64,000 nt of DNA from Octopus sinensis. Taxonomy: Eukaryota. The notes beneath the pieces are model-generated. The model was not told where the DNA came from and did not search any database. It saw only the letters and a program-made list of their open reading frames with translations. The position numbers were made by a program, and so were the translations under genes. This document shows, one piece after another, positions 1 to 14,760 of this stretch (within the stretch, counting starts at the first letter, position 1; every line of letters begins with the position of its first letter). The DNA lies in the NCBI RefSeq assembly GCF_006345805.1, contig NC_042997.1, forward strand, positions 104,098,001 through 104,162,000, written 5' to 3'.

Positions 1-970
1 GGACGTCGACGAGGAGTACCTGACCCGCCTGTTCGGGACGACTTTCGGGCCAGGGCCCATGGACAACTTCCAGAGATCCCTGGCCTGGCAGTGCTACCGA
101 GAAGCGCTACCCGTTCGGGATAAGCTCTACAGACACGGCTCGAGAAACACGGGGCCGACCTGCCCGAGATGCGGTCAGAGCGACGAAACCGTTCTGCACG
201 CACTCGTTCAGTGTCCAACAATTTCCGACCTGTGGGCTTATGTCGAACAACTGCTGTCACGTGTGGGACGAGTCGGTTTATCAGCTGAGTCTATCGTCAA
301 TATTGTCACGCCTCCTTCCTTCAAACGGGAAGGAAGAGCTATTTTCATCATCCTTGTGGCTATGGCGAAGAATGTATCTGGTGGACGCGTCTGAAAGGAT
401 TGGAGACAAACACTTCCCTCTGGTCAATCTCTCATCAACTTCTTCAAGTACCACTTGAAAAGGAAAGTGAGAGTAGAGAGGCAAGTTTTGTCTAGCGAAT
501 GTTTTAAAAAAAGATGGGTGAATGTAGCAAGAATGGCACGTATGAATGACGAAGCCCTTGAGCATAGTCCTATGAACCCAGAAATCGAAAACAGAGAGTT
601 GCTTATTTGCAAAAAAAAAAAAAAAAAAAAAAAAAAGAATATAAAATGTGACTTCATTGACCGAGGCTACCGTGGTCTTTTCCGCAGGCTTTTCTTTCCA
701 CGGGTAAACCTCACCTGTCCTCCCCTTTACACTTCATATTGACATTTCTGTGATAACGATCCCTATTGATCATTTTTTTTTCCTCTCCCCCCCTTTTTTT
801 TTTTTTTTTTTTTTTTAACCCCCCTTATTTTTGTCCTCTTTCTCTCCTTTTACGATCCCTTTTGATCGAACCTCCCCCTTCCTTTTTTTTTTTTTTAATA
901 CCTTCAAAAGAAAAGCTCTACCTTGTAATTTGTTCTATCTGTGTGCAGCCCTGTGTGGCTAATAAAGAAA
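1..970 (+). mobile_element. 3' end of a Tx1/L1-like non-LTR retrotransposon (ORF2 C-terminal zinc-binding zf-RVT-like region plus 3' UTR)
   Basis: Frame open from nt 2: ...LAWQCYREALPVRDKL...CPRCGQSDETVLHALVQCP (C-x2-C...H-x4-C). It continues via two frameshifts near 370 and 420 into WWTRLKG...FFKYHLKRKVRVERQVL. The 3' UTR has A/T homopolymers and AATAAA at 961-966. Confidence 0.85.
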
Positions 971-2679
971 CATATCTATCTATCGATCGATCTATCTATA
1001 TCTATATACGTTTATGTATATATTTATATATATCTAACAGCATGTGTGAGAGGGGTGGTGCTCTTGTGTTTGCCCGCTACCAGTGCTTTAAAACCGGTGT
1101 TGGTTTGTTTACGTCCCTGTAGCTGCTGGCCAAAAGAGCATATATTAGGCTTAAATGAAGAAAATAATTACTAGAGTCGATTTCTTCGTCTAAATCCGTA
1201 ATATTGTACTGCAACATATCTGCAGTGAAATGACAGAAACATAATACATTTCTATATTCAGAATACAAAGCAGAAAAATGTAAACTCTGATTGATCATAA
1301 TTAGTATCAGTCTATGGTTAGCATAGACCGTAATATTCCTGATAATTTGGAGTAAATATTGTTAGAATTTAATCTAATTGATGTACTTAATTAATGACGA
1401 AAATGTGGTGTTTATTATGCTAATTCTTTATGAAACAGCTGTTGGAGGCAATTCTAATTACGAATTATACGTGAAATTTATGCCTGTAGCTTTTTACATG
1501 AAATATAGGATATAACCGATCATACATATAGACACTATCCTTTTCCACCTTGATTTAAAGTAATGTTATAAATGTTATAACGTGTGTGTGGGTGTTTGTG
1601 TGAGTGCGCGTGTGTGTGTATTTATCGATTACATTAATCACATTCTGATTGACACTTCCATCTGTTAAAAAGTACCTCTTTGCGACAATGTAAACTTTCA
1701 TATAATCACGATACATTTAGCCTGAAGAGTAGCCTGCGGTATACAACTCACTTTGATATTTACCACTTCCGCGGATCTACTCACTATGAAACACATGTAG
1801 ATCTTTTCTACTTCATTCTTTAACTCAGAGCAAGGTCAGCGGATTCTTTGATCTCTGAATTGTAGGAGGTAGTTAAGGATGGCACACCTGGCAAGCCTGG
1901 TCGCCTACCATGAAATATAAAAGAACATTTTTCAGTTTATCGTACTTCGATAGGAAAAAATCCACAACCTTCCGTCTCAATAAACCACTATTGTCGCTGA
2001 AAGTTGTTATATTTACTACGGATTGCTTGATGCTAACTTTCTTCCTACATCTCGATCCTTGGATCTTATATATATATATTATATATATAAATATATATAT
2101 ATACAGATACCTACCTACTTACTTACCTCCCTTCCTCCCTCCCTTCCTACATCCTACCTACATGCATACCTACCTACCTCCTACCTACCTATATAATACA
2201 TACATATGTACATAAATTCACGCATACATACTTACATAAATACTACATAGAAAGGTTAGCAAGGTATATATTAATCAAAGCGAAATACTTCTTAAGACCG
2301 CTGCAGATAAAAATACACCAGGCTAGCAAAAACGTTTTGCGATCGGTATTGTGCTCCAAATAATCCGAAGGGGAAAGTCGAAGTCGAAATCAATCACCAG
2401 TCAACTTTGTAAATCTGTGGTTTTATTACAGTCATATTTTTTTACGTACGCAATAGACAGAAATAATGTGTCATGTATATTTATTTATTTATTATGGGCC
2501 CAGAAGAAGATATCATTTTCTGGGTCGTTCCCTATATTTCAGGCGATCAACCTATCGATTGATCAAATCATGTCATCAACGCATCCAAATGCATGTTTGA
2601 ACAGCTGTAAGCCTATAGTAAATAAATGCATATAACATGTGCGTGTGTGTAGATATATAAATATAAAGATATATACATA

Positions 2680-2680
2680 T

Positions 2681-2737
<57 letters not shown>

Positions 2738-3115
2738 TATGTATGTATGTATGTATGTATGTATGATGTATGTGTGTGTGTGTGTGCGCGCGCGCGTGCG
2801 TATATAGTTGAAACACCCCTGTCACAAACTGGGACTTTCAAGACTGCTTAATGCAAGAAAGTATACAAGTCCCTTATATTTAATATTCAATATTTCATCT
2901 ATTCTGTAAGACAATCAATGCTTCATTTCATTTTACTATATATATATATATTATTTATACTATATATTCTATATTCTACCTTAATATTATAAAGAATATA
3001 AATAAAACATAAAAAACAGAGTTGGAATTCCTTTGAATAATATACATCCCTCTAGACACAATCATACAGACCCCTTCATATATATGTATATATATATATA
3101 TATATGTATATATAG

Positions 3116-3186
<71 letters not shown>

Positions 3187-3289
3187 CATCTACATATGCA
3201 TAGACGTATACATATATGAATACATACATCCATACATACATACATGCATTCGTACATACATGCATGTGTGTATGTGTCTGTGCGTGTAC

Positions 3290-3322
<33 letters not shown>

Positions 3323-3330
3323 TATAGATA
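2680..3330. repeat. Compound microsatellite cluster (TA)n, (TATG)n, (TG)n, (CA)n, (GATA)n
   Basis: Directly visible tandem repeats. Confidence 0.95.
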
Positions 3331-3887
3331 TTTACAAACATATATACGCACATACATGTACGCACACACATACACACATATTGCACACAGTTATACTCAT
3401 TGACAAAATGTAGGGGTATGTAGAAGTATTAACCAATTTCTACACATTGCTAAGCATGATACACCAAATCTGTTTACTCACTCTTACAAACACTGAAGAC
3501 ATATATATGTATATACACTCATATATATACGCACAAGCGTATGGTCACACGTACACGCAAACATGCACACACATACGTACAATACACGTGTGCATTAGTG
3601 CATGGACACACAACGTCACTGGATGGCACGTAAATGCACACACATACATGCAGAATAGAATCAAAAATCAGAGAAGCAAAACAAATTAACTTGTATAATT
3701 ATGTTTGTCATAAAAATCTTTTGATTTCTGAACCGAACGAAATCATATCAAGGAAAGAGTGGAGATGGTTATGAGGGTGACGACAATAATTATGATTATG
3801 ATGATTATACTGATGAAAAATAAGTGCTTTATAATGATCATGACACTCATGATGATTGGGGAGATAGGCAGTAGATAATGCTGCTGC

Positions 3888-4535
<648 letters not shown>

Positions 4536-5156
4536 ATTGTGTTTTCTTATGAAATGATGCATGTAGAATATTATGAAGCTTTACTGAATATATTTTTTTC
4601 ATTCCCTGTGTAGGTGCTGATTATTTTTCAAATGGGGTCCTCGAAGCGTGTGGACAACTGCACAAATATGAGGGATGGACGAAACATCTGCTTCTTTTTT
4701 TTTTTTGTTTTTTGTTCTTAAATATTTTTTAGAAAAGAAATAAAAAAAAATACCGTTAAAAGATTGCAATTCATATTGAAATATTGAAAACCAATATGGC
4801 TTCCTATACTTAAGGGAAGAGGTACCGTGAACAAAATTGTAGTGTTGATTACGCCGTACCCACCTCCGAAAAAAAAAAAGAACTGAATAAAATCGAGGAT
4901 AAACCGTATAAGATGACAAAAAATTAAATACGTACACTCACAAACGCACTGACAGTTCCGTTTTCACCACCAAAACACAAACTGGCATGATATAGATAAA
5001 AGTATTAATGTTATTACAACGCAGTTTTGTCGAATAGTAAAAAAAAGTCAAAGTGAAGTTTTAGATCAGATTTGATTCAAAGAAGATGCAATTCCTCAAA
5101 AATGTTTGTCTCCTTGCCTGATCTTTCCTACACACGTCAATATAATAATAATAATG

Positions 5157-5344
5157 CTCCTTTCTACTTTAGGCACAAGGCCTGAGATTTGGGGGAAGTA
5201 CTCAACTGTTACTTAATTTATAGATCCCAAAAATATGAAAGACATTGTCGACCTCGGTGGAATTCGAACTCAGAACCTGGAGACAGAAGAAATACCACTA
5301 AACATTTCGCCCGGCATGCTAACAATTCTGCCAGCCCACCGCTT
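5157..5344 (-). mobile_element. tRNA-derived SINE, family B (octopus OK-like)
   Basis: Minus strand reads GCGGTGGGCTGGCAGAATTGTTAGCATGCCGGGCGAAATG...GTTCTGAGTTCGAATTCCACCGAGGTCGAC, with a B-box-like GTTCGAATTCC. Homologous copies recur across the window. Confidence 0.75.
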
Positions 5345-5367
5345 CAAACAACAACAACGACGATGAC

Positions 5368-5413
<46 letters not shown>

Positions 5414-5439
5414 TAATAATAATAATAATGATAATAAAC

Positions 5440-6230
5440 TAAAGAGAAAATAGAGAATGCAAAATCCCAACGATGACTGGGAAGCTCATGACTCAATGCA
5501 GACACTGAAGGATTTTAAATTGTAGCACAAGAACAAAGCCTCCCCACTACGAATGATCAAAAGCATGCAATGAAAAGAAGCACATGTTACTGCAGAATAT
5601 GTGGAGATAGAGAAGAAACAATAAACTACATTGTCCTTGGCTGCCCAGTCCTGGCTAAGAAGGAATATATTCACGGACACGTCAGAGTTTGAAGCTAAGC
5701 CAACACTGGAATAACAACAGAAAAAAGATGGTATAAGCGCACGACAGAAAAGGTCACAGAAAATGAGAAAGCAACCATACTATGAGATATACCAATACAC
5801 ACAGATAGAGAAATTAAGGCCAATAGGCCGGATATAGTAGTTAGAGATCACCAAGAAAAAATGTTTTCTAATTGATGTATCAATACCAACAAATGACAAT
5901 TTTTCTCTAAAAGAAACGGAGAAACTTTCAAAATACAAAGACCTGGAAATAGAGGTAACTCGAATGTGGAGTCTAAAAACAGAAGCAATTCCTATTATAG
6001 TATGCGCATTAGGTATGATACATAAATATTCAGATAAATACATAACAAGTACACCAGGACTAACAAGTATATATAACATAGAAAATAGCACTACAAGGCA
6101 CCACAATCATCCTACGTAAAATACTTTCAATACAGCAAAAATAAGAGCCAATCACAGCACATATCCAAGACACACAGAGCTGCGGTCGGTAGTGCAGTGA
6201 AAGCACATGATAAAAATAAGACCACTGAAT
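5440..6230 (+). mobile_element. 5'-truncated R4/Dong-clade non-LTR retrotransposon (restriction-like endonuclease domain plus 3' UTR), pseudogenised
   Basis: CRICGDREETINYIVLGCPVLAKKEYIH (CCHC-type), then IKANRPDIVVRDHQ, LIDVSIP, KETEKLSKYKDLEIEVTRMWSLKT, IPIIV-ALG. These are PD-(D/E)xK RLE motifs, broken by stops and frameshifts. Confidence 0.85.
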
Positions 6231-7087
6231 AATAATAATAACGATCCTTTCTATTGAAGGCACAAGGCCATGAAATTTGGGGGAGAGGACTATTCGATTA
6301 CATCAGCCCTCCATAGTATTCGCTACTTAATACGGTTAAATGCCGAGTTAAAAATCAGAGTGAATGCTGCATTGAAGAATATGACGTTTGTCGTTTGGGA
6401 GTCTCTTTGAATCATCTTCACAAACCCGTGCAATTTTAGAAACATCTATCTCGGATAGTTTCAACTTTTTGTAGCAAATCGTAGAGAGGGTTTGATGTAT
6501 ATCTGTCTCCGGAGGAACGTTGAAATATTTAGATAATCCAAATTATCCGACACATTTTACTATACTAAGCGCAAGAGGATTTTCTCCTTTCGACAGAAAC
6601 TGAATCTCAGCATTTTAATTCGTTGTTCAGCGTAAACAGTGATGGATCGGAACCATAAGCACACGTGTTAAATCCATAACAGTGACTCCCTCTGGTTTCT
6701 TCTGCAAAATATATATCTTCAGTCATTATTGCGAAAGTTTGAAGTATTTGTGTGCATCCAACTTTAGTGAAAGCATAGTACTAACTACCAGATCCCACTA
6801 ACTTGTGAGTAACGATTAAGCCCTTGATAAGCAAAATACAAATAGAGACGAAGTCAATTGATTAATCACCCATTTTCTTTCAGCATTTTCAATATATATA
6901 CAATAATTTTATATATGTATGGATGCTAATGATAATAAAAACTCATCATATAAAACAGTATTATGATTTGCTTTAAGCATTGCACCATGCACAAATAATA
7001 TATAGGTTTGAAGCAAAATCTTTGAGTAATGCATTTGAGGAGTTAGTCAAGATTTATAAGGAGTGGATAAATGAGACGAAATTATAT

Positions 7088-7262
7088 AAGTGCGGCAGTG
7101 CGATAATAAGTTTGCTTCCTACCCATATGTTTCCCGGTTCAGTACCACTAATTAGCATATTGAACAAGGGTTTTCTACAATAGCCCCGGGCTGACTAAAG
7201 CCTTGTGATTAGATATGATAGACGGAAACTGAAAGATATCCGTCAGATATGTATGTATATCT

Positions 7263-7303
<41 letters not shown>

Positions 7304-7545
7304 ATGTGTGTGCGTGCGTGCGTGCGTGCGAGCATGTGTTTGCGTGCCTTTGTGTTTGTATTTATGCCCAACACCGCTTGACAATGGGTGTTGGTCTGTG
7401 TCGCGGTTTGGCAAGAGATACCGATAGAATAAATACCAGACTTTAAAAATATGTACTGGAGTCGATTCGTACGATTAAAACCCTACAAGGTAGTACCCCA
7501 GTATGACCACATTCGACTGCCTGAAACAAGTGAAAAGATAAAGGA
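7088..7545 (+). mobile_element. SINE family A (OR-like CORE-SINE with an internal microsatellite), diverged
   Basis: Homologous to the better copies at 30268 and 53686. Internal (TG)n, and tail CTGAAACAAGTGAAAAGATAAAG. Confidence 0.7.
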
Positions 7546-8392
7546 TAATAGAAGAAAGAAAATAATTAAATTGTAACCACATATTTCTCCAATGTTCTAG
7601 GCTATTTTCTTTCTTCTATTTGAAAAGCGGACTCTTTCCCTAAGTATAATAGGTTCAGTAACCAACCTACCTTAGGTAATAAAATTTCTTGTCTTTTTGC
7701 TTTCATTTACTCGTATCACAATACTAATCGTATTCAACTCTTAACCTGCATTACTCAAAGTTTCCTTTTCAAAAATTTATGTTATTACATCAAATGTTAA
7801 GAGAAGTATGATTGTGGTCTTACGGCACCTGTATAACTCAAAGGAATGATTGCCATCAATGTATATTATATCAAAATAATTGATTACTAATACTAGAACA
7901 CAATTTTGCCAGATTCTAAATACTAACTACTGTTCAATACAAGACTTAAAGAAACACAGTTCAGTACCATTATGAGAAACAGATTTGGAATTTAAAGTAA
8001 AGTCGTGAGAAGTGAACAGAGAAAAGTGAGCAAACATGTGTTACAAGGAGAAACTAATGTCCAAAACTCTCTTAAACAACCATGCGAAATCTACGATTTC
8101 CTAAAATGTTGAGTTTATTGATAAACAAGTGATAAATCTAAAGTCTACTTCATTAATTCTTATAACACTTTGCTACAGAAACAGAAGTAATTAAGTGGCT
8201 CCAACTGTTTTTAAGTTTTATTATGATTAAAACATTAAACATAAACATAAAGCACACATATAACGTCTCTCTCTGTCCCTCTCTCTTTCTTCTCTCCACC
8301 TCCTTTTATCTACTGTATATATATTATATACTTATATATATATGCACACACACACACACAAACACACGTATATAATATATATGTATATATAT

Positions 8393-8434
<42 letters not shown>

Positions 8435-8632
8435 TATATCTATATATATATATTATATATATATATATTAATACATACATACATATATATATATATCTAT
8501 AATATATATATATATAATACGATACAAGCAGATATATATGGATTATATGTGCGTGCATGTACGTATATGCACTCACACGCGTACAGAGTAAGAGAATAGT
8601 CAGGGTGTGTGTGTGGCTGAGTGTGTGAGTGT

Positions 8633-8664
<32 letters not shown>

Positions 8665-8849
8665 TGTAGGAAAAGAAAAAGAAGGGTGAGTGAGAACTCA
8701 GAAGGTATTACGCATTAAGAGATCAGGAATTTTAATAAGATGTGTATTATGATTAAATCGAAAATACTTGAAAATATCCATTGAGTACAACGTGTCGAAT
8801 CTCTATACACACATACGCCCTCGCACACAAACATACAATAAGTGCATAA

Positions 8850-8916
<67 letters not shown>

Positions 8917-9482
8917 GTAAATATAATTCTGTGTAAATTCCTAGAGCTACTAGACTTAGTGAATGATATTCACGAGATTAAAATCAGTTTGAAGTGTATA
9001 TACTTATAGAAACACTAATAAAACTAATTCCGAATACATTATGATATTTTTTTTTATATAATTATACACTGCCTTATATATTTATAATGTACATTTATTT
9101 ATGATAATAAATTTATTCCTTCCCCTTCTACTTGAATCAATAACCTCGATTCCAGCCTTTTTATGATCTGTGTTCAAATTCTAAGGAAGGGATTTCTGAA
9201 CTAGTGAAAAGAGACTGTCAGGAAATTACTGTGGCCGATGTGATAGATAATCCACTAGCAATTCTCTTAAAATCGAATTAATATTCATGTATTAAAAAAA
9301 TCAGTCGTTTATATCCTTCATACTGTCTTTTACGATCTGTTTTCAAATCCTGTTCGAGTCAAATTTGCCTTTCATATTCGATAAAATATAAGACTAGTTA
9401 AAAATGCTAAGATAAGGAAAGCGATATAAACGACCAATGTTTTGTTCAAAACAATTATCCTTGTACCTATCAAAGAAGTCAG

Positions 9483-9530
<48 letters not shown>

Positions 9531-9559
9531 TAATATATATATATATATGTATGTATGTA

Positions 9560-9623
<64 letters not shown>

Positions 9624-10325
9624 CTGTGTGTGTGTGTGAGGGTGTGTGTTTGTGTGCATTCTTAAGAAAGATATTTGAACACTTAGACATTTCTGCTTTG
9701 CCTATTTATTAGTTATGACTCCATGCCTGGAATAACAAACAAATATTTGTAAATAACGCCATAGGAAGCATAAATGAAACTTCTAAACTATAACAATATT
9801 TCAATGTAATTCTTCTCTCAGTATCAAGCGGGATAGTCTATGAAACTGTATTGCAAATATTATAGTCAGTAAATACATCGCCAACGCATCAAAATGTAGG
9901 GGCAATCATGCTTCGCTATGATGTGATTTCGGATTCAGTCGTATAGCACATCACTTTGGACAATTTCCTTATTATACCCCCGACTGCCCAGTGCATTTCG
10001 AGAGGATTTGGTAGATGGAAAACAGCGTGAAAATTCATCCATCCATCCATCCATCCATCCATCATCCATCCATCCACCCTTCCTTCCTTCCTTCCTTCCT
10101 TCCTTCACTCATTCATTCATTCATTCATTCATTCATTCATTCCATTCATGCATTCACTTATTTACACACACGCTCACACGCACACATATATATGTATATA
10201 TGCGTGTGTATATGCATTTCTCTTCCACCGTTTCACGACCGGTGTTGCTTTGTTTACGCCTCAGAAACTTGGCAGTTGTAATCGATATTAGAAAAAGCTG
10301 GGATTTTCCATACCAATTTTGATGG

Positions 10326-10923
10326 GTATGGAAGTCGATTACACCGATATCAGTGTACAACTGGTACTTATTTTATTGACCCCGAAAAAGATGAAAGCAA
10401 AGTCGACCTCGGCGGAATTTGAACTCAAACCGTATGCCTCTATACATTTCCCCCGGTTTTTCTAACGATTCTGAAATACTATGGATTTATAGTCTAAAGC
10501 ACAAGTTAGATAATGGAGGGGAGTATTCAGTCAATGAAACCAACCCTATACTGGACTAGTAAGTTATTTATTAACCTAGCAAGAATGGAAAGGATAGTTT
10601 ACCTCGACGGGGTCTGATCTCAGAACGTAATGAGTAGAACAAATACCTTAAAACAATTTTTCCCTGTTGACTCTACAAGTCTGACACCCTACAAAACAAT
10701 AATGTTTTCTGATTCAAGCACAACAATTTTGAGAGAAGTACTTTTGTTCATACCATCGACCCATAACACTTAATAAAATACTTGCATAGTACATTATTTA
10801 TCGATCTATAAGGGATGTAGGCAACGTTCACTTCTGTAAGATTTGAACTCAAGTCTTAAAAGAACCTGAAGAATTGCTGCAAAACATGTTCTCCGGTGCT
10901 CTAACGATTCTCCCATCCTCCGT
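10326..10923 (-). mobile_element. Three head-to-tail diverged SINE family B copies
   Basis: GTCGACCTCGGCGGAATTTGAACTC-like and CTAACGATTCT-like motifs repeat at about 10400, 10600 and 10840. Confidence 0.6.
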
Positions 10924-12026
10924 TCGATACAAAGATGATAGCAACTATAATATCTTAACAAATCCAGCATGAGCGTCCTTATCATTTCTAGTAGTAACGT
11001 CACCATTAATATCACCGCCATTGCTACCGTTGTAATTATCTTTGCCACAACCACCACCACCAGCATCGACAACAACTCCACCACCAACAACAACACACCA
11101 CCACCACCATGATAACAGCATTTACTATCCTTATGACAACAACTACGACTATCAACATTAATATCACCTCCACCGCCATCACGACAAACACCACCATTAC
11201 CATTTTCCACCAACACCACCGACATCAGCGCCGCCACCTATAACATATTACCACCACCACCGCCACAACAACAACAACAACAACAAAAACAACAACAACA
11301 CACACAGAACATCAATTACCACCCATCGACAAATACACCACCAATAAACCACGTCACCAACGTAACAATCTCTACGTTTACATTATCCAATCAAGTCACC
11401 GGGAATAAAGTAACAAAATAAGAGACAAACAAACAAAGAAACAAACAAATAAAAAGTCCCGTAGCAGAATTAGAAACACTGTTGGATCGGATAATGAGAA
11501 TAAATGTGAAACGCTCATGAAGCAAGGAAATCTTGCGTTTACCGTGTTGACGTCTGGAAATGATTTGGATCTGCAATCGTCCGGCCGTGAAATGGCTGCA
11601 ACAATCACCGCTCCCGCCATCCGCTGGTTGCTGCACACATCTTTCCATTTTCATGTTGAATCGCCTTGGTATACAACTGCATAGTCACTCAACTTAGACT
11701 GTCATATAGTCACATATGCTCTCATATCACACACTATATCACACTGTCTTTAAGCGGCATATAACTTATCAAACGTTGAGAAATATAGTAGTATATACAT
11801 ACATTATAACATTTTCCTACTACTTCGGTACCACGTAATCATAGTCTCAGATTTCGCAGCACAGTAGAACGTCACATATTGTGAAATGAGTACACTATAG
11901 TGTAGAACATTAGAATGTTAAAAAAGAACAATTTACATTATTGCAAACATAGAAACGGATATATGCGCATATATATATATATATATACTATATATATATA
12001 TATATATATTATAATATATATATATT

Positions 12027-12077
<51 letters not shown>

Positions 12078-13223
12078 CATATATATAAATATACATATAT
12101 ATATAAATATATGTGTGTGTACATATTCATGCACACACATATATATTTAAGTCCGTACGGGTATGAAGACATAGAACAAAATTCAAAATTATTTAAGATA
12201 TATATGTATGTGTGTTTATGTGTGTGAATAGGTGATTGTATAATCGTGTATATAAATAAGTATACTTACATATAGAATCGTGAATTTTATATACACATGC
12301 ATCGAAGCACACACAAACACACAAATGCACGCACACACACACAAGTTCATGCAAATATGCACGCACATACACAAACTTGCGCACTGCTACAAAATCACCG
12401 TCTCAAAATAAATCATTATCATTATTATAACCATGTCAAACAACGAAGAGTCTGTGTTGAGAGAATCAATGTGACAAGGTCAGGAAGCATGATACACGGT
12501 TAAATAAACGATGTAACAGTATTAATGTGATGTTGCGAGGGAAGAACTCATGACATTCACAGAGCGAAAATAATGATTATGATAACATAAGTCTATTACG
12601 GCACTAATGCATCAGTGTTTGGTATGACCCTTACATATATTTAAATATGTGTGTGTGTTTGTGTGTGTGCCTGCAACCACAAGAGGTTGTACAGACCAAT
12701 AACTAACAAAATGAGCATTATAATCGAATGAATTTTAGTTAAAAGATGATTTCACACGTTATTACGAAAGCAGTTACAATTAGCAGGAAGGCGCTGTATA
12801 GACTGATCGATCCAATCGTTATTTTTAAAAAATGGTGGCATAAAATAGTGAGAATAGCGTGAGTACTCTTCCTATTCCGCCTGTTAAATGTTACCTGAAT
12901 AATGTTATTTTGGGGAGGACGTGGTTTATCCCATTGAGTTCAACGTTTGACCGGCACCCCATATAACTGACTTCGATTGGAGCTAAATCAAATTTGACCA
13001 CAGCAGGACTTGAACCCTGAATGTAAAGCGATGAAACAAGTGCGGCAAGACATTCTGCTGTACACGAAGCTTAAAGTTTTGTTATTGCATTTGTGGATGT
13101 TTATTTATTCCGTTTCGTTCTGCTCCTCTAATTGTTGTTCTTACTGAACAGCCTGCGTTAGTAGTAAATACAAAATTCGATATTAACAAAGTAGCCAAGC
13201 TAATATTAAGTGATATCTCTTTC

Positions 13224-13440
13224 AGGTGGCAAGCTTGCAGAATCGTTAGCACGCTGGAAAAATGCTTGGCAGCATTGCTTCCGTATTTACGTTCAGAGGT
13301 CAAAATTCCGCCGAGATTGACTTTGCCTTTTATCTTGTCGGGGTCGATAAAATAATTACCAGTTGACCACTGGGATCAGTATAATCGACTTACTCCTCCA
13401 CTAGAATTGCTGGCTTTCTGCTAAAATTTGAGACCAATAT
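13224..13440 (+). mobile_element. SINE family B
   Basis: GGTGGCAAGCTTGCAGAATCGTTAGCACGC...AAATTCCGCCGAGATTGACTTTGCC...GGGGTCGATAAAATAATTACCAG. Confidence 0.75.
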
Positions 13441-13554
13441 TAAATGATGTCTCCCATTGGTTGAGGAAACCTTTTTACGAGTTTTGAAAGTTTACTCTTC
13501 AAACTGTGTTTATAAGTGGTCCTCTGAGTCAGGACGTTTATTACTATGAAAATA

Positions 13555-13790
13555 AACGTATATAGAGGCTTTAAATTTCGGTATTGGGCAACTGATTTTG
13601 AGGGGTGGAGCAGTCGATGCAATCGACTCTAGTACATGACTGGTTCTTATTTTATCGAACCTGACTGAATGAATGGCAAAGTTGGCCTCGACGGAATTTC
13701 AATTCAAAACGTAAAAACGAACGAAATGCTATTAAGCATTTTGTCCGGTGTACTAATGATTTTGATATCTCACTGCCCTACAAATGGATA
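13555..13790 (-). mobile_element. SINE family B, diverged
   Basis: TTATTTTATCGAACC...ATGAATGGCAAAGTTGGCCTCGACGGAATTTC matches the family in reverse orientation. Confidence 0.65.
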
Positions 13791-13879
13791 TAATAATTCA
13801 TATCGAGTACATTATATGACTATTTCCTTAAGTATTTATCTCGGAGTAAGAGCTAACAAAATAGCTGTGAGTTTTGTTG

Positions 13880-14760
13880 ATTAATAATTCAATTGCTTAG
13901 CACATTTCCAAACTTCCTTCTTCCCAGCTGCTTGTTCTGCTGTGATAATGTATTGGTTTCACAATGGTCCTGGAGGAAGAGGTTTAAACATGCTGTATAT
14001 ATTTTATACATTAATTTATGGCATGCAAGTGGCCTGTTTTTTTTTTGCCATGTGCGTGGTTCTGCATTTGGGGATCAGTTTTCTCTCTGCTAGAGCTAAC
14101 TAGTGTGGTATGGTACTGTTCCCAATAAAAGCTTGCTGGTACAGATTGATAAGAAATGGTCCAAAAATCTAATCTCCTCCAAGTACTTTTCCATTTTGTA
14201 GTTTCTGGATCACAGTTGCAAGAGTTTCACCATCAATGTTGCATGTCTTGGATGTAATGCAGGAGCAATAACTTTTTCGGATTTCTTCTAGCCACAGAGC
14301 ATCTTGGTTAATTTCCTTCTCTTCACTCCAGATTTTCCTCCAGAAGGAGTCTATGTGTTTTTGTGAATGAGCTTCTGTAATATTTATTGACCTCCTTTCA
14401 TGTTTCTGTATACTGCTGCGTGGTTACGGTTAAATTTTTTGTTCATTGTTCTTCTCTCGATTATTCTCTTCTGATGTCGGAGTTTTTCACTGACAGCTTT
14501 TAGCTCCTGCTTCAGGGTAATCAGTTTGCAAGTGAGTGTCCTCTTTTTACTGTCTCCAAACATCATTTCTATCTCCTTCTTTCCTTTTTGCTGGTGGGAG
14601 GTATAGCGATTTGCTTCTTTGCATGCAATAAGCATCACTACACGATTGATGGTATTCCATAGTTATCATTTTCTCTGTCTTCAAACTCATGAATGTACTT
14701 TCGTTGTTATTTCAGTTTTGTTTACATTTTGAATATGATTCATGTACTGTTTTACAGTAG
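13880..14760 (-). mobile_element. R4/Dong-clade reverse transcriptase fragment, pseudogenised
   Basis: Minus-strand translation gives NKKFNRNHAAVYRNMKGG, SFWRKIWSEEKE, LIPK..THMAK and YIITAEQAAGKK.VWKCAKQL, typical of R4/Dong RT N-terminal domains. Many stops. Confidence 0.75.

Noticed and set aside
1721-1805. Hammerhead (CTGAAGA...GAAACACATGTA)
   Set aside because: There are seven extra bases between stem II and GAAA, and stem I does not pair.
4611-4700. Possible exon GADYFSNGVLEACGQLHKYEGWTKHL
   Set aside because: There is no donor site, the frame runs into poly-T, and I recognise no homology.
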